The notes beneath the pieces are model-generated. The model was not told the DNA's origin. It ran no database searches and saw nothing but the letters and a program-made list of their open reading frames with translations. The position numbers and the translations under genes were made by a program. A stretch of DNA of 64,000 bases from an uncultured Candidatus Saccharibacteria bacterium (GTDB lineage Bacteria > Patescibacteriota > Saccharimonadia > Saccharimonadales > Saccharimonadaceae), in the NCBI GenBank assembly GCA_946406645.1, contig CAMJLD010000002.1, forward strand, positions 6,974 to 70,973, in the 5' to 3' direction. Of the stretch, positions 26,412-37,064 are shown one piece after another. How positions within the stretch are numbered: position 1 is the stretch's first letter; each line of letters opens with the position of its first letter.

Positions 26412-27542
26412 GTGAATCAGCAAATCTTGAGAGTAGAGAACGGATATTCGTCGGTGGACTGGTATTTTTCGCAGCTCCACAACAGACAAAAGATTCGCAA
26501 GATTATGCTTGTGAGCGATTTGCCGCTCGAGGCTTTTGAAATTACACGCTATTTTACGAAAGATTTGCCGGAGAGATTAGGGGTGGGGCTTGTAGTTTTT
26601 GACCGTTTTAAGCCGAACCCAGATTATGAGTCGGTAGTTGAAGGTGTGCGCGTTTTTAAAGAGAGCGGTTGCGACGCAGTCGTGGCGGTTGGTGGCGGTT
26701 CGTCGATGGATGTTGCAAAGTGCATCAAGATGTTCGCGACGCTCGATGAGGGGCAAAATTACCTTGAACAAGAAATTATTCCAAACAAGATTCCGTTCCT
26801 CGCAGTGCCAACGACGGCGGGGACGGGCTCAGAGGCGACGCGCTTTGCAATCGTGTATTATCAGGGGAAGAAGCAGTCCGTAACAGATGAAAGTTGTATT
26901 CCGGATGCGGTCGTGATGGATCCGAGCGTACTCAAGACTTTGCCGGATTACCAGAGGAAAGCGACGATGCTCGATGCGCTGTGCCACGCGATTGAGTCGT
27001 ATTGGGCGGTGGCGAGCACAGAGGAGAGCCGGAGTTATAGCGCCGAGGCGATTCGCTTGATTTTTGATAATGTATTTGGATATCTCGCGAACAATCCGGA
27101 GCAAAACGAGCAGATGCTCAGGGCGGCGAATCTGGCGGGCAAGGCGATTAACATCACGCGAACGACCGCGCCGCATGCATTTGGTTATAATCTGACCACG
27201 GTTTACGGCGTGGCGCATGGGCACGCGGTGGCGCTTTGCATGAAGGCGCTGTTCCCGTTGACGATTGACCGCGCATTCGTATCTTGTAACGATTCGCGCG
27301 GAGTGGATTACCTCGAGGGGGTGTTGCGCGAGATGGCGAAATTGATGGGCTGCCAGACCGCGGCGGCAGCATCGAAGAAGTTTGGCGAATTTGTCGATGG
27401 CTTGGAGCTCGAAAAACCGGCGTTTTCTGAGGGGGATTTCGAAAAGTTTACAAATACAGTGAATCCGGAGCGCCTCGCAAACCACCCGGTCGCGATTAGC
27501 GATAGTGAAATCAAAGACATATATCGAGAAATTTTAGCTTAG
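26412..27542 (+). CDS. iron-containing (group III) alcohol dehydrogenase family protein
   Basis: 376 aa. AVVAVGGGSSMDVAKCIK, PTTAGTGSE, and the His-rich metal site H..ES.......H/HGHAV. GTG start. Confidence 0.8.
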   Translation: MNQQILRVENGYSSVDWYFSQLHNRQKIRKIMLVSDLPLEAFEITRYFTKDLPERLGVGLVVFDRFKPNPDYESVVEGVRVFKESGCDAVVAVGGGSSMDVAKCIKMFATLDEGQNYLEQEIIPNKIPFLAVPTTAGTGSEATRFAIVYYQGKKQSVTDESCIPDAVVMDPSVLKTLPDYQRKATMLDALCHAIESYWAVASTEESRSYSAEAIRLIFDNVFGYLANNPEQNEQMLRAANLAGKAINITRTTAPHAFGYNLTTVYGVAHGHAVALCMKALFPLTIDRAFVSCNDSRGVDYLEGVLREMAKLMGCQTAAAASKKFGEFVDGLELEKPAFSEGDFEKFTNTVNPERLANHPVAISDSEIKDIYREILA

Positions 27543-27550
27543 CATAAATA

Positions 27551-27575
27551 AACCCCCGCTGCTTGCGGGGGTTAT
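27551..27575. terminator. bidirectional terminator between convergent genes
   Basis: AACCCCCGC-tgctt-GCGGGGGTT. Confidence 0.6.
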
Positions 27576-27586
27576 TGTGTGTGCCA

Positions 27587-28264
27587 TCAGTTACGACGAC
27601 TGCTTTTGCTGCTGCTGGAGCTGGCGGAGAGTAGGCGGATAAATATATTGATAATATCCAGATACAGGCCAACACAAGCATCAATTGCGTTATCTGTGGT
27701 GTGGAGGTCTTCTTGGGCTTTTACCCAGTCGTATCCGACGTAGCCACAGAAGACTGCAGCGACGAGAATATCCCAGATGGTTGGCAGGAATATTCCCGTG
27801 ACTAAGCAAACTACTTCTACGACGATAATGGCGGTAAGCCCGAAGAAGAGAACTCTGCCTAGTTTCAGGAAGAAATTCGACCAAATCATTGATCCGATCA
27901 TCATTGCCACAGTGAAGAAGGCGGTTAAGCCGGCGGCGTGGATAATTTGTGCCGCGCTAAAGCCTTCAACATGGATGGTAATGGCAAGTATCACGCCTAC
28001 GGGTATGACGACGAGATTGTAACCGATAAAACTAACAAAGGGATTATCGCTAAGTTTACTCATCAATATACCGATGATAGCAGTGACGAAATAGCCGACA
28101 ATAACTGCTCCGGCCGGTAAGCCTGAGAAGTATTCGGCGAAGTATTTAACCATTACGGCATTCATTGCGAAGCCATAGAATAAAACGATGCCAATTATGG
28201 CGTTGTATTTCCTGAGCGAGATTGTTCTGCCGCGGGAAAATGACTCTTCATAAGAATTGGACAT
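27587..28264 (-). CDS. Bax inhibitor-1/YccA family membrane protein
   Basis: 225 aa with about 7 TM segments and a C-terminal ...DNAIDACVGLYLDIINIFIRLL typical of the BI-1 family. Confidence 0.75.
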   Translation of the reverse strand: MSNSYEESFSRGRTISLRKYNAIIGIVLFYGFAMNAVMVKYFAEYFSGLPAGAVIVGYFVTAIIGILMSKLSDNPFVSFIGYNLVVIPVGVILAITIHVEGFSAAQIIHAAGLTAFFTVAMMIGSMIWSNFFLKLGRVLFFGLTAIIVVEVVCLVTGIFLPTIWDILVAAVFCGYVGYDWVKAQEDLHTTDNAIDACVGLYLDIINIFIRLLSASSSSSKSSRRN

Positions 28265-28487
28265 TGTCTATTCCTCCTTTCTATAAATGTGCATCTCTAA
28301 GAGAGAAAATAAGGCGCTTTTTGGCGCTGATTCTATTATTATAGCACAAAATCATAAATTTTTCAAGGGGGTAGAGGTTGGCAAATACAGGTTACGCTCG
28401 CGTTTTCTTCATTTTTATGCTAAAATTAGATGAGTATTTTCCAAGGGTGGATTTTTTATTATTGCTTAAAGAGAAAGGAGCTAGAAA

Positions 28488-30260
28488 ATGGAAGAAAAAG
28501 TGATACAGGTTTCTGGCTCGATTACGGTAGACGAGCTAGCGAACGCGTTGGGTGTGTCTGTTACACACCTCATTGGTGAGTTGTTCAAAAACGGCATTAT
28601 GGCGACGATTAATCAGCGCCTCGATGTTGAGACGGCTCAGATTATGACTGAGGAGCTTGGTTTTGAGAATGTGCGCTTTGAGCGCAAGGAAAACTCTGCA
28701 AAGTTGCCAGGCGCAAAGCGTGAGCTATCGAAGGACGCGAAGCTTCGCCCGCCAGTAGTAGCAGTGATGGGTCACGTTGACCATGGTAAAACCACGCTTC
28801 TCGATACGCTTCTCAAGAAGAAGACGGTTGAGGGTGAGGCCGGTGGTATTACGCAGCATATTTCTGCTTACCAGATGGAATACAAAGACCGCAAGATTAC
28901 TTTTCTTGATACGCCAGGCCACGAGGCCTTCGCGGCAATTCGCCAGCACGGTGCGATGCTTACCGATATTGTGGTGATTGTGGTGGCGGCCGATGATGGT
29001 GTGAAACCGCAGACTGCAGAGGCGATTAAGTTCGCTGAGGCAGCAAACGCAAAGATTATTGTTGCGATTAATAAGATTGATAAGGAAGGTGCGAATATTG
29101 ACCGCACGAAGGCGCAGCTTGCGACCGACTTCAACCTTAATCCAGAGGAATGGGGTGGTGATACGATTATGGTGCCAATTTCGGCAAAGACTGGTCAGAA
29201 CGTCGAGCAGCTTCTCGATATGATTCTTTTGACGGCAGATATTGACGAGCTCAAGGCTGATGAGAATATTCCGGCTGAGGGTCTCGTGATCGAGAGCCAC
29301 ATGGAAGTCGGTAAGGGCTCGGTTGTGAACCTTCTCGTCACTGGTGGTGAGCTTAAGGTTGGTGAGTTTATTGTCGCTGGCAAGACTTACGCAAAGGTAC
29401 GCACGATGCTTGACTGGAAGAACAAACCGAAGGGCAAGGCAACGCCTTCGACCCCTGTTGTTGTGACTGGTTTTAAGGATCTTCCGAACTTCGGCGATAA
29501 GTTTGAGGAAGTTGCGGATGAAAAGACCGCACGTCGCATGGCGCTCCTTAACGCTCAGGCTGAGGCGAACGAAACTGCAAATGCGAACGTGACCTCTAGC
29601 GACCTTCTCCGCATGATGAATACCGCCGATAATACGAAGACCTTTAATGTGCTCGTGAAGGGCGATGTTCAGGGCTCGGTTACCTCTGTTGTTGATTCGC
29701 TTCGTATGATTGATACACAGGGCGAGATTACGCTTAATATCGTTTCTACTGGCGTTGGCGCAATTAACGAAAATGATATCTATATGGCCTCTGGCGGTAA
29801 TACGATTATCTACGGTTTTAATGTGACTGTACCGAATGCGATTGCTAAGATGGCAGAGCGCAACGGTGTGCCAGTGCGTGTTTATCGCGTGATTTATGAG
29901 CTTCTCGATGACGCAAAGCACGAGATGGAAGGTATGCTTGATGCAGAGATGATTGAGACTGAGATGGGCGAACTTGAGGTAAAGGGCGTGTTCCGTACCG
30001 AAAAGACCGAGATTATCACCGGTGGTCAGGTGAAGAGTGGCCGCGTCGCCCCTGGCATGCTTGGCCGTGTCTTCCGTAAGAAAGACTTGCTTGGCGAAGT
30101 CGAAGTGAAGAACGTTCAAGAGGGTAAGGTTGACGTGCCATCGCTTGCCGAAGGTGAGCTTGGTGGTATGTCGCTCAAGACCACGAAGAAGATTCAGCTT
30201 GAAATCGGCGATCGTATTGAATTCTTCGTTCGCGAATACAAACACAAGAAAATTGCATAA
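28488..30260 (+). CDS. infB: translation initiation factor IF-2 (short form)
   Basis: 590 aa with G-domain [24 protein letters not shown] and NKID. SD AAGGAG upstream. Confidence 0.95.
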   Translation: MEEKVIQVSGSITVDELANALGVSVTHLIGELFKNGIMATINQRLDVETAQIMTEELGFENVRFERKENSAKLPGAKRELSKDAKLRPPVVAVMGHVDHGKTTLLDTLLKKKTVEGEAGGITQHISAYQMEYKDRKITFLDTPGHEAFAAIRQHGAMLTDIVVIVVAADDGVKPQTAEAIKFAEAANAKIIVAINKIDKEGANIDRTKAQLATDFNLNPEEWGGDTIMVPISAKTGQNVEQLLDMILLTADIDELKADENIPAEGLVIESHMEVGKGSVVNLLVTGGELKVGEFIVAGKTYAKVRTMLDWKNKPKGKATPSTPVVVTGFKDLPNFGDKFEEVADEKTARRMALLNAQAEANETANANVTSSDLLRMMNTADNTKTFNVLVKGDVQGSVTSVVDSLRMIDTQGEITLNIVSTGVGAINENDIYMASGGNTIIYGFNVTVPNAIAKMAERNGVPVRVYRVIYELLDDAKHEMEGMLDAEMIETEMGELEVKGVFRTEKTEIITGGQVKSGRVAPGMLGRVFRKKDLLGEVEVKNVQEGKVDVPSLAEGELGGMSLKTTKKIQLEIGDRIEFFVREYKHKKIA

Positions 30261-30304
30261 GCATAAGCTTTTTGTGATACAATGGGGGAAATAGGAGAAA
30301 ATCA

Positions 30305-30718
30305 ATGTATAAATTTGATGATACATTCCTAGAAGCGGTGGGACTTGGGGCATTACCAGAGGACCAGAAAGCTGCTTTCTTGGAGAATGCGCAGGATCAG
30401 TTCGAGGTCAGAGTTGGCGAAAAAATGAACGCCCAGATGACTGATGATCAGGTCGCAGAATTTGAGAAGATTATCGATAACGACGAAGAAACGATTAACC
30501 GTTGGCTTTCTAATCTTGGCGATTACCGTAGCGATGAAATTTATCAGAGAATTGCTAGTCGCGTCGAAAACGAAAGCGACCGCGTAAATAACTATGTGAG
30601 CGCTAAGTGGCTCGACCAGAATTGCCCGAACTATCGTCAGATTATCGAGCAGACCCTCGAAGAACTCAAGCAAGAGATTATCGCAAACAGAGCTGCGATT
30701 CTCGGCGGACAAGCTTAG
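30305..30718 (+). CDS. hypothetical protein (resembles DUF5663-type proteins common in CPR genomes)
   Basis: 137 aa. MYKFDDTFLEAVGLGALPEDQKAAFLENAQDQFEVRVGEKM... The family assignment is from memory only. Confidence 0.55.
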   Translation: MYKFDDTFLEAVGLGALPEDQKAAFLENAQDQFEVRVGEKMNAQMTDDQVAEFEKIIDNDEETINRWLSNLGDYRSDEIYQRIASRVENESDRVNNYVSAKWLDQNCPNYRQIIEQTLEELKQEIIANRAAILGGQA

Positions 30719-30723
30719 GCTTT

Positions 30724-30753
30724 AAAAAATCTGCCGTTTTAGGCAGATTTTTT
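30724..30753. terminator. bidirectional terminator (overlaps last codons of fmt)
   Basis: AAAAAATCTGCC-gtttta-GGCAGATTTTTT. Confidence 0.65.
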
Positions 30754-31632
30754 GTTGCTTTGGCCATTGAGGAAGCTTTTGGCGTCCATCTCTTTGGAGT
30801 TCTCTGGGATAAGGCGGTCGATTACGAGATATTTGCCATCGGAACAGAGCATATCGAGCTCGGTGGCAGCACTATCGGCGACGTGAGTCTTTGTAACTAC
30901 GCTTGGAACGCCTAGGAAAGTGGCTTTTGACTTCGGGAAACCAGCAAAAGCGCGCACCTCGTTAAACAGCGTCTCGGCCGTTTTAAGGGCAGGTTGTAGT
31001 TCGGATAGGTCTTTTGTCAGTGGAGTAGTGAAAGTCGCTTGTGCTTCATTCTGGGGGCTCTCAGGGGCATTTTTTGCGACGATACCAGGGAGAACACGGA
31101 GTAAATCACGTGATCCGGCCTCGGCGAGCTTTTCATAGAGGCTTTGTTTGGTGTCATCGGCGGTTATTTCGACCTTAGCCTGGGCAAAAGTTGGGCCGGC
31201 ATCCATGTCGTGGGCGAGGCGCATAACAGATACGCCAGTCTCTTTGTCGCCATTTAGTAAAGCGGATTCAATAGGGGTAGTGCCTCGATACTTCGGTAGC
31301 ATCGATGGGTGAATGTTGATAATGCCGCAAGGGAAAGCTTCGATGATGCTATCTGGGATAATTTTGCCAAAAGAGGCGAGCACGGCGACTGGGGCGTCAT
31401 ATTTTGCGATGATTTCGAGGATTTCGTCGTTTTTCTTGCTGAAATAGACTGGTACGCCGGCGTTTTTTGCGGCTTTTTCAATCTGATAAGGCTTGCGCGG
31501 GTTTGGGTTAGTCAGGATGAGAGCGGCAATCTCGAATTCATCGGAATTAACGAGGGCGTCAAAGAGGTAGGTCTTTGGTTTGATACCCTGAGCGAGTTGC
31601 TCGTTGCCGAAGAAAATTACCTTAGTCTTCAT
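30739..31632 (-). CDS. fmt: methionyl-tRNA formyltransferase
   Basis: MKTKVIFFGNEQLA..., IINIHPSMLPKYRGTTPIESALLNGDKETGVSVM. Start set at ATG 31632, overlapping the def stop, in a def-fmt operon. Confidence 0.9.
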   Translation of the reverse strand: MKTKVIFFGNEQLAQGIKPKTYLFDALVNSDEFEIAALILTNPNPRKPYQIEKAAKNAGVPVYFSKKNDEILEIIAKYDAPVAVLASFGKIIPDSIIEAFPCGIINIHPSMLPKYRGTTPIESALLNGDKETGVSVMRLAHDMDAGPTFAQAKVEITADDTKQSLYEKLAEAGSRDLLRVLPGIVAKNAPESPQNEAQATFTTPLTKDLSELQPALKTAETLFNEVRAFAGFPKSKATFLGVPSVVTKTHVADSAATELDMLCSDGKYLVIDRLIPENSKEMDAKSFLNGQSNKKSA

Positions 31633-32197
31633 CTGGATAGAGGTCTTTATTATTAGCGATTTCTTTGTCGTAGTCGACTGGGACGAGGTCGCCCTTGTTA
31701 TCGAGGCGATAGAAAGCATCTTTTTGGCCCTTGATATGGTCGATGAAAAGGATGCCGTTTAAGTGGTCAATCTCATGAAGGAGAGTGCGGGCGAGGAAAC
31801 CGTCAGCCTTGATGCGCACCTCTTGGCCGTCGATGGTCTGAGCCTTGATGCGAGCCTTGGCTGGGCGAGGCACCTTGCCGTAGATATTTGGCACCGAGAG
31901 GCAGCCCTCGTAATCGTAGAGAGTTTTGCCTTCCGTCTTAATTACCTCTGGATTGAGGAGAGGGATGAAAGTGCCGTGTTCCTTGTCGTCCATATCATCG
32001 CGCACGACAATAATGCGGCGGTCGTAGCCAAGCTGTGGGGCGGCGAGAGCGGCGCTAATTTCGAATTCGTGTTCTTTCTCCCAGTCGAGGCAGTTCTGGA
32101 TCATGTTTTTAATCATGTCCTTCACTTCGTCGTCGACGTGATTAACCTTCTTGCACTTAGTGCGAAGGCGTGGGTCCGGTGTCGTAATAATATTCAT
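31622..32197 (-). CDS. def: peptide deformylase
   Basis: 191 aa with the three PDF motifs: GLAAPQLG-like ALAAPQLG, EGCLSVP, HEIDHLNG. Confidence 0.93.
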   Translation of the reverse strand: MNIITTPDPRLRTKCKKVNHVDDEVKDMIKNMIQNCLDWEKEHEFEISAALAAPQLGYDRRIIVVRDDMDDKEHGTFIPLLNPEVIKTEGKTLYDYEGCLSVPNIYGKVPRPAKARIKAQTIDGQEVRIKADGFLARTLLHEIDHLNGILFIDHIKGQKDAFYRLDNKGDLVPVDYDKEIANNKDLYPDED

Positions 32198-32246
32198 AAC
32201 TATCTGTTATTTTAGCATAATTATTTATCTGGGGCGAGCATAAGCG

Positions 32247-34184
32247 TCAGAGCAGGGTATATGGGTCGAAATCGTAATGAAGCTGGCTGGTCTTATCGAG
32301 ATCATTAAAGATGGCGATGAGGTCTTTGCGAGATTTGGCTTTCACGACGAGCTGCCAGGTATAGCCAGTGTTTGTGCGTTCGTGGAAGGCTGGCATTGGT
32401 GGCGTGAGAGCGATTTGGGTGAGGCCCTTTTCTTTGATAATTTGGTTGATTTGCTTGAATAATTTTTGTGTATTTTTGACGGTCGCCGCCTCTGTTTTGT
32501 AGGTAATTGAGAGCTTCAGGAGGAAGCTAAATGGCGGAAGCTTAGCGGCTTGGCGTTTGGCGAGTAAATACTCGTAAAAACCGGCATAATCGCCATTCGT
32601 GGCGTAGCGGATAATCTCGTTGTTCGGCTGGTAACTCTGTATAAAAATATTACTGTCTAGGTGGCCGCGGTTGGCGCGCCCAATAACCTGGGTAAGGAGC
32701 TGAAAACTGCGTTCCTCGGAGGAGAAATCTGGGAGACTGAGGTTGGCATCGGCCTGGATAATCCCGAGAGTGCTGAGCTTTGGAAAATCGAATCCTTTGG
32801 CGAGCATTTGGGTACCGACGATAATATCGTAGGCACCATCGTGCACCTCTTGGTAGACGCGGTTTAGCTTCTCGTCGGCGGCAGTATCGGCGTCGAAGCG
32901 GCCAATCTTGGCGTTCGGGAAGAGGCGGGCGAGCTCGTCGGCGATGAGTTTAGTGCCGAAACCCTTGTGATGAATACTGGCGTTGCCGCACTCTGGGCAG
33001 GCAGTAATAACAGGGAAGTTGCGGCCGCAAGTATGACAGCGAAGCTGGTATTTATCGGCATGGAGCACCAGGGGCAGGAAGCAATTCGGGCAGAGGGCCT
33101 GCCAACCACAGTGGTCGCAGATAGTCATCGGGGCGGTGCCGCGGCGGTTATGGAAGATGAGGCTTTGTTCCTTGCGGTTCAAAGACCCCTGAATAGAGGC
33201 GATAAGCCGGTCACTAATGAAGCGATTTCTTGTAAACTGGGCTCTATCTTTGAAATCAAGAGTATGAATCTGAGCGTGTTTGTCAGATTTAACGGCGAGC
33301 TCGTCGAGAGAAATGATGGCATTATGCTGCTTGCCGAGATAATAATCGGAGATGAGCGGGGTGGCGGTGCCAAGAATGGTGCGTGACATCTGGGAAGCAA
33401 GGCGAAGGGCGGAATACTTTGGATTTTGATCCTGATGATAGGCCGGTTCGTGCGCCTCGTCGATAATAACTAGTCCGAGCTCGCGAACAGGGGCGAAAAG
33501 GGCGCTGCGAGGGCCAATAATGAGCTGCGGGCCTTCGGTTTCGAGGGTTTTCTGCCAGAGTTGATGGCGGACTGCCTCGGTTTGTTCAGAGTGGAGCAAG
33601 GTGACGTGTTCAAAATATTGCTGGAAATTGCGGACGAGCTGAGAGGTGAGAGCAATTTCTGGGACCAGCAGAATAACCGATTTCCCTCCGGCGAGAACAG
33701 ATTTTGCAAGGGCGATATAAATATTTGTTTTGCCCGAGCCGGTGATGCCGTGAAGCAGCAGAGTATTGGCTTTGTTATCTGTTAATTCTTTTATACAGCG
33801 TTTTTGAGCAGAAGAAAGCGGGTTTTCTTGGCTTGGATTATAGAGGTCGTTCGTAATTTCGGCGGATTTTCGGCGGTTTTTGGTGATACCGCGAGGCAGT
33901 GCGGCCTGAACGACGCTAGAGAGCGGGCAGCGGTAATACTCGGCGAGCCAGAGGACAGCCTTTACGAGATGAGCCGGAAGGGGCGTTTCGTAGAGGATGC
34001 TAGAGACAGGCTTAGTCGGGAACTCTGGTTTTGCTACCTTTTTTGTGACGATACCGAGGGCGCTTTGTTTGCCGAGCGGAACAGAGACGACCTGGCCGAC
34101 CTTCAGAGTATCTTCGGACTCATAGGTAAGCTGGTTTTCGTCTTGGCGAAAAGCCTTGGATGGGGCGACCAGGTAATAATTCAT
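32247..34184 (-). CDS. priA: primosomal replication-restart helicase PriA
   Basis: 645 aa. Walker A HGITGSGKT, DEAH, and the Cys-rich zinc insertion CDHCGWQALCPNC...CHTCG...CPECG. Confidence 0.9.
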   Translation of the reverse strand: MNYYLVAPSKAFRQDENQLTYESEDTLKVGQVVSVPLGKQSALGIVTKKVAKPEFPTKPVSSILYETPLPAHLVKAVLWLAEYYRCPLSSVVQAALPRGITKNRRKSAEITNDLYNPSQENPLSSAQKRCIKELTDNKANTLLLHGITGSGKTNIYIALAKSVLAGGKSVILLVPEIALTSQLVRNFQQYFEHVTLLHSEQTEAVRHQLWQKTLETEGPQLIIGPRSALFAPVRELGLVIIDEAHEPAYHQDQNPKYSALRLASQMSRTILGTATPLISDYYLGKQHNAIISLDELAVKSDKHAQIHTLDFKDRAQFTRNRFISDRLIASIQGSLNRKEQSLIFHNRRGTAPMTICDHCGWQALCPNCFLPLVLHADKYQLRCHTCGRNFPVITACPECGNASIHHKGFGTKLIADELARLFPNAKIGRFDADTAADEKLNRVYQEVHDGAYDIIVGTQMLAKGFDFPKLSTLGIIQADANLSLPDFSSEERSFQLLTQVIGRANRGHLDSNIFIQSYQPNNEIIRYATNGDYAGFYEYLLAKRQAAKLPPFSFLLKLSITYKTEAATVKNTQKLFKQINQIIKEKGLTQIALTPPMPAFHERTNTGYTWQLVVKAKSRKDLIAIFNDLDKTSQLHYDFDPYTLL

Positions 34185-34323
34185 ACATTTATTTTACAAC
34201 AAATCGGACAAATTGCGGCCGCTAACAGGGGTATTGAACAAAAATTGCCACACAGAAAATCTTAAAAATCAATGTTGTGAATTTTACATGTATTATTTAC
34301 AATAGAGATTGTTAAGGAGGCAA

Positions 34324-34626
34324 ATGTTAGACATTTTCGTGACGAGTCGGGTGAGGCGGAAGATTATCGTGGTTTTTGCGAAGTATCCAGATTTTAAAAC
34401 TCACGTGAGGGGTCTTTCGAAGCTTATCAAGGAAGATCCGGGAAACATCCAGAGGGAACTTCGCCGTATGACGAAGGGTGGTTTCCTTGTTGCTACGAAA
34501 AAAGGCAATACTAGCATTTACCAGACGAACAAGCAGTTCCCAATTCTTAAAGAGTTACAAAGTATTGTAATCAAGAGCCAGCAGGCTGAAGACGCGAAAA
34601 AGAGCCCGAATAAGATTATCGGATGA
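34324..34626 (+). CDS. small winged-helix (ArsR/MarR-like) DNA-binding protein
   Basis: Start set to ATG 34324 behind SD AAGGAGG. MLDIFVTSRVRRKIIVVFAKYPDFKTHVRGLSKLIKEDPGNIQRELRRMTKGGFLV. The stop overlaps the recJ start. Confidence 0.55.
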   Translation: MLDIFVTSRVRRKIIVVFAKYPDFKTHVRGLSKLIKEDPGNIQRELRRMTKGGFLVATKKGNTSIYQTNKQFPILKELQSIVIKSQQAEDAKKSPNKIIG

Positions 34627-36230
34627 CGCGGATACTTGAAGAGTTACTGGCCAAGCGTGGGCTGGATAAGAGTTTTTTGAAGCCGCGCTACGAGGACCTT
34701 TTTGACCCGTTTTTGATGCTCGGAATGGATAAAGCGGTCGAACGCATCGAGAAAGCGGTCGATAATGGCGAAAAGATAGTAGTTTATGGCGATTATGACG
34801 CGGATGGCGTGACCTCGAGTACGGTGTGCCGTGAGGCGCTTTTGGATTTCGGCGTAAAAGAGGTGGAAATTATGCTTCCGAACCGCTTTCGCGACGGGTA
34901 TGGCCTGAATCCGCCGGCGGTAGAGAAGATTATAAAGAGTGGCGCTGGGCTCGTCGTGACGGTGGACTGTGGTAGCGGCTCGGAGGAGGCGATTAGCCGG
35001 CTGAAGGCCGCAAAAATAGATACAATTGTGACGGATCACCACGAGATACCGAAGGTGCCGGCTTCAGCGGTGGCGGTGGTGAACCCGAAGCGCCGCGGCG
35101 AGAAATGCGGTTCGAATATGGCCGGTGTCGGCGTGGCGTTCACCTTGGCAAGAGCGCTCAACCAGCGCAAAAACGGGGGTAAATGCAGCGGTCAAGAGAA
35201 ATGGCTGCTTGATTTGGTCCTGATTGGCACGATTTGCGATTCGATGGTGCTTAGAGACGAGAACCGCATCATGTCTTATTACGGTATGGTCGTGATGGGA
35301 AAGACGCGCCGTTTGGGTCTGAAGGAGCTCGCTAAGGTAGCGAAAGTGAATCTCGAGCATCTTTCGACGCACGCGTTGGGCTTTCAGATTGGGCCGCGTA
35401 TTAATGCGGCTGGCCGTATGAAGACTGCAGAGGTGGCACTAAATCTAATGCTAACCGATTCGCGCGCAGAGGCGCTGAAATATGCGAACGAGCTAGAGGA
35501 GCTGAACTCCGAGCGCCGTTCAGTGCAAGATGGGGCGCTAGATGAGATTAAGGTAGACAAGCAGCCGGTAATCGTTGTGAAAGGGGATTGGCACGAGGGC
35601 GTGCTAGGCATTATTGCGGGCAGGCTAACAGAGGTATATAAGAAGCCGGCTTTTGTGCTGACAAGGCTCGAAAACGGCATCTTGAAGGGGAGCGGGCGTA
35701 GTTTTGGCGAGTTTTCGCTAGCGGAGGCGCTCCAAAATATGCCAGAAGGCCTACTGTTATCTGGTGGCGGCCACGCTGGTGCCTGTGGCGTAAGCGTCGA
35801 AGCTAAGCGGTTCGGTGAGTTTAAAGAGGCGGTTAACGAGTATTACCGGTCGCTAAAGCTTGAGAACCAGGAGCGATTCTTGAAGCAGAAAAGCGACATT
35901 CGGGTTGACAGCTTCAAAGAGTTAACAGAGGAGCTTTATGATGAGATTCGGCAGATGGAGCCGTTTGGGCCAGGCAACGAGGAACCAATCTTTGAGTTTA
36001 CTGGCGAAATTGCAAGTAAGCGCGTGTTAAAAGATAAACATCTGTCGTTAGAATTTTTCGATGGCGAGCGACACTTTAGAATGATGGATTTCTATAGCTC
36101 CGAGGAGCATCTAGCGCTTGAGACTGGTGCGAGAGTTAGAGTGCAGTTTACGCTCAACAAAAACGAGTGGGGCGGTCGCGTAAAAATCGAGGGTGCAATA
36201 ATTTCTCTTGAAGAAATAGACCAGATGTGA
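34623..36230 (+). CDS. recJ: single-stranded-DNA-specific exonuclease RecJ
   Basis: 535 aa with DHH-family motifs (VVYGDYDADGVTS, VTVDCG, IVTDHH) and a DHHA1 GGGH motif (SGGGHAGACG). Confidence 0.88.
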   Translation: MTRILEELLAKRGLDKSFLKPRYEDLFDPFLMLGMDKAVERIEKAVDNGEKIVVYGDYDADGVTSSTVCREALLDFGVKEVEIMLPNRFRDGYGLNPPAVEKIIKSGAGLVVTVDCGSGSEEAISRLKAAKIDTIVTDHHEIPKVPASAVAVVNPKRRGEKCGSNMAGVGVAFTLARALNQRKNGGKCSGQEKWLLDLVLIGTICDSMVLRDENRIMSYYGMVVMGKTRRLGLKELAKVAKVNLEHLSTHALGFQIGPRINAAGRMKTAEVALNLMLTDSRAEALKYANELEELNSERRSVQDGALDEIKVDKQPVIVVKGDWHEGVLGIIAGRLTEVYKKPAFVLTRLENGILKGSGRSFGEFSLAEALQNMPEGLLLSGGGHAGACGVSVEAKRFGEFKEAVNEYYRSLKLENQERFLKQKSDIRVDSFKELTEELYDEIRQMEPFGPGNEEPIFEFTGEIASKRVLKDKHLSLEFFDGERHFRMMDFYSSEEHLALETGARVRVQFTLNKNEWGGRVKIEGAIISLEEIDQM

Positions 36231-36246
36231 TAGAATAAAGCGCAGT

Positions 36247-36465
36247 ATGGCAATCAAAGTAACTAGAAAAGACCAGAACGAAGCAAACGAGAACATTATT
36301 CGTCGCTTCAATCGCAAGGTTCTTCAGAGTGGCGTGATGGCTGAAGCAAAGGAGAGCATGCGTTTTAGCAAGCCAATCTCCAAGCGCGAACGTCGCAACA
36401 AGGCGATTCTTCGCGACAAGCGCAAAGCCGAAAAAGCCGAACGCATGAAGTTAGGCCTTAAGTAA
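36247..36465 (+). CDS. rpsU: 30S ribosomal protein S21
   Basis: 72 aa. MAIKVTRKDQNEANENIIRRFNRKVLQSGVMAEAKESMRFSKPISKRERR. Confidence 0.9.
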   Translation: MAIKVTRKDQNEANENIIRRFNRKVLQSGVMAEAKESMRFSKPISKRERRNKAILRDKRKAEKAERMKLGLK

Positions 36466-36468
36466 AAA

Positions 36469-36494
36469 ATACCCTCTACTTTGGGGGTATTTTT
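36469..36494 (+). terminator. Rho-independent terminator after rpsU
   Basis: ATACCCTC-tacttt-GGGGGTAT followed by TTTT. Confidence 0.6.
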
Positions 36495-36518
36495 AAAGGA
36501 AAATAAAAAGGAGAAGAA

Positions 36519-37061
36519 ATGATAGCACTATTCGGACCAGCGGGCAGCGGCAAAACCCTACAGGGTAATATTTTGGCAGAGAAATACGGTTGGAAATGGT
36601 TGTCGGTTGGGCAGCTACTTCGCGATCAGAACAATCCGGCGATGAACGAGCTCATGAAGAAGGGTGATTTGGTTGATGATAACTTCGTGGTGAATATGAT
36701 GCACGATGCGATTAAGGCGGCCGAATATGCTGAGCTCGAAGCGATTATTGATGGATACCCGCGCGATGAATATCAGGCGCGCTGGATGGTCGAGCATGGC
36801 GATACGGAGAACCTTGATGGCGCGATTGTCTTGAACGTGCCACGCGAGGAGCTCTGGAAGCGCCTAGAGGAACGCGGTCGTGCCGATGATAAGATTGGCG
36901 CAATTGAGAAGCGTTGGCAGATCTTTGAAGACATGATTAAGATGATTCGCGAGATTTTCGGCAAGGCTGGAATTAGGATAGTCGAGATTGATGGCGTGGG
37001 GTCGGTCGAAGAAATTACCGAAAGAATAGAGACAGTTCTAAAAGATTGGGGTAAAATATAG
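36519..37061 (+). CDS. adk: adenylate kinase (short, lid-less type)
   Basis: 180 aa. GPAGSGKTLQG P-loop, IIDGYPR, GRADD. Confidence 0.75.
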   Translation: MIALFGPAGSGKTLQGNILAEKYGWKWLSVGQLLRDQNNPAMNELMKKGDLVDDNFVVNMMHDAIKAAEYAELEAIIDGYPRDEYQARWMVEHGDTENLDGAIVLNVPREELWKRLEERGRADDKIGAIEKRWQIFEDMIKMIREIFGKAGIRIVEIDGVGSVEEITERIETVLKDWGKI

Positions 37062-37064
37062 CCC

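Noticed and set aside
30255-30268. Recurrent GCATAAGC(A) word near gene ends and promoters (30255, 37805, 44893, 44913, 49262, 32231, 16459).
   Set aside because: It is short. In two cases it is simply Ala-stop (GCA TAA) plus following bases. Its position relative to the -35/-10 elements is inconsistent. I cannot show enrichment without a genome-wide count.
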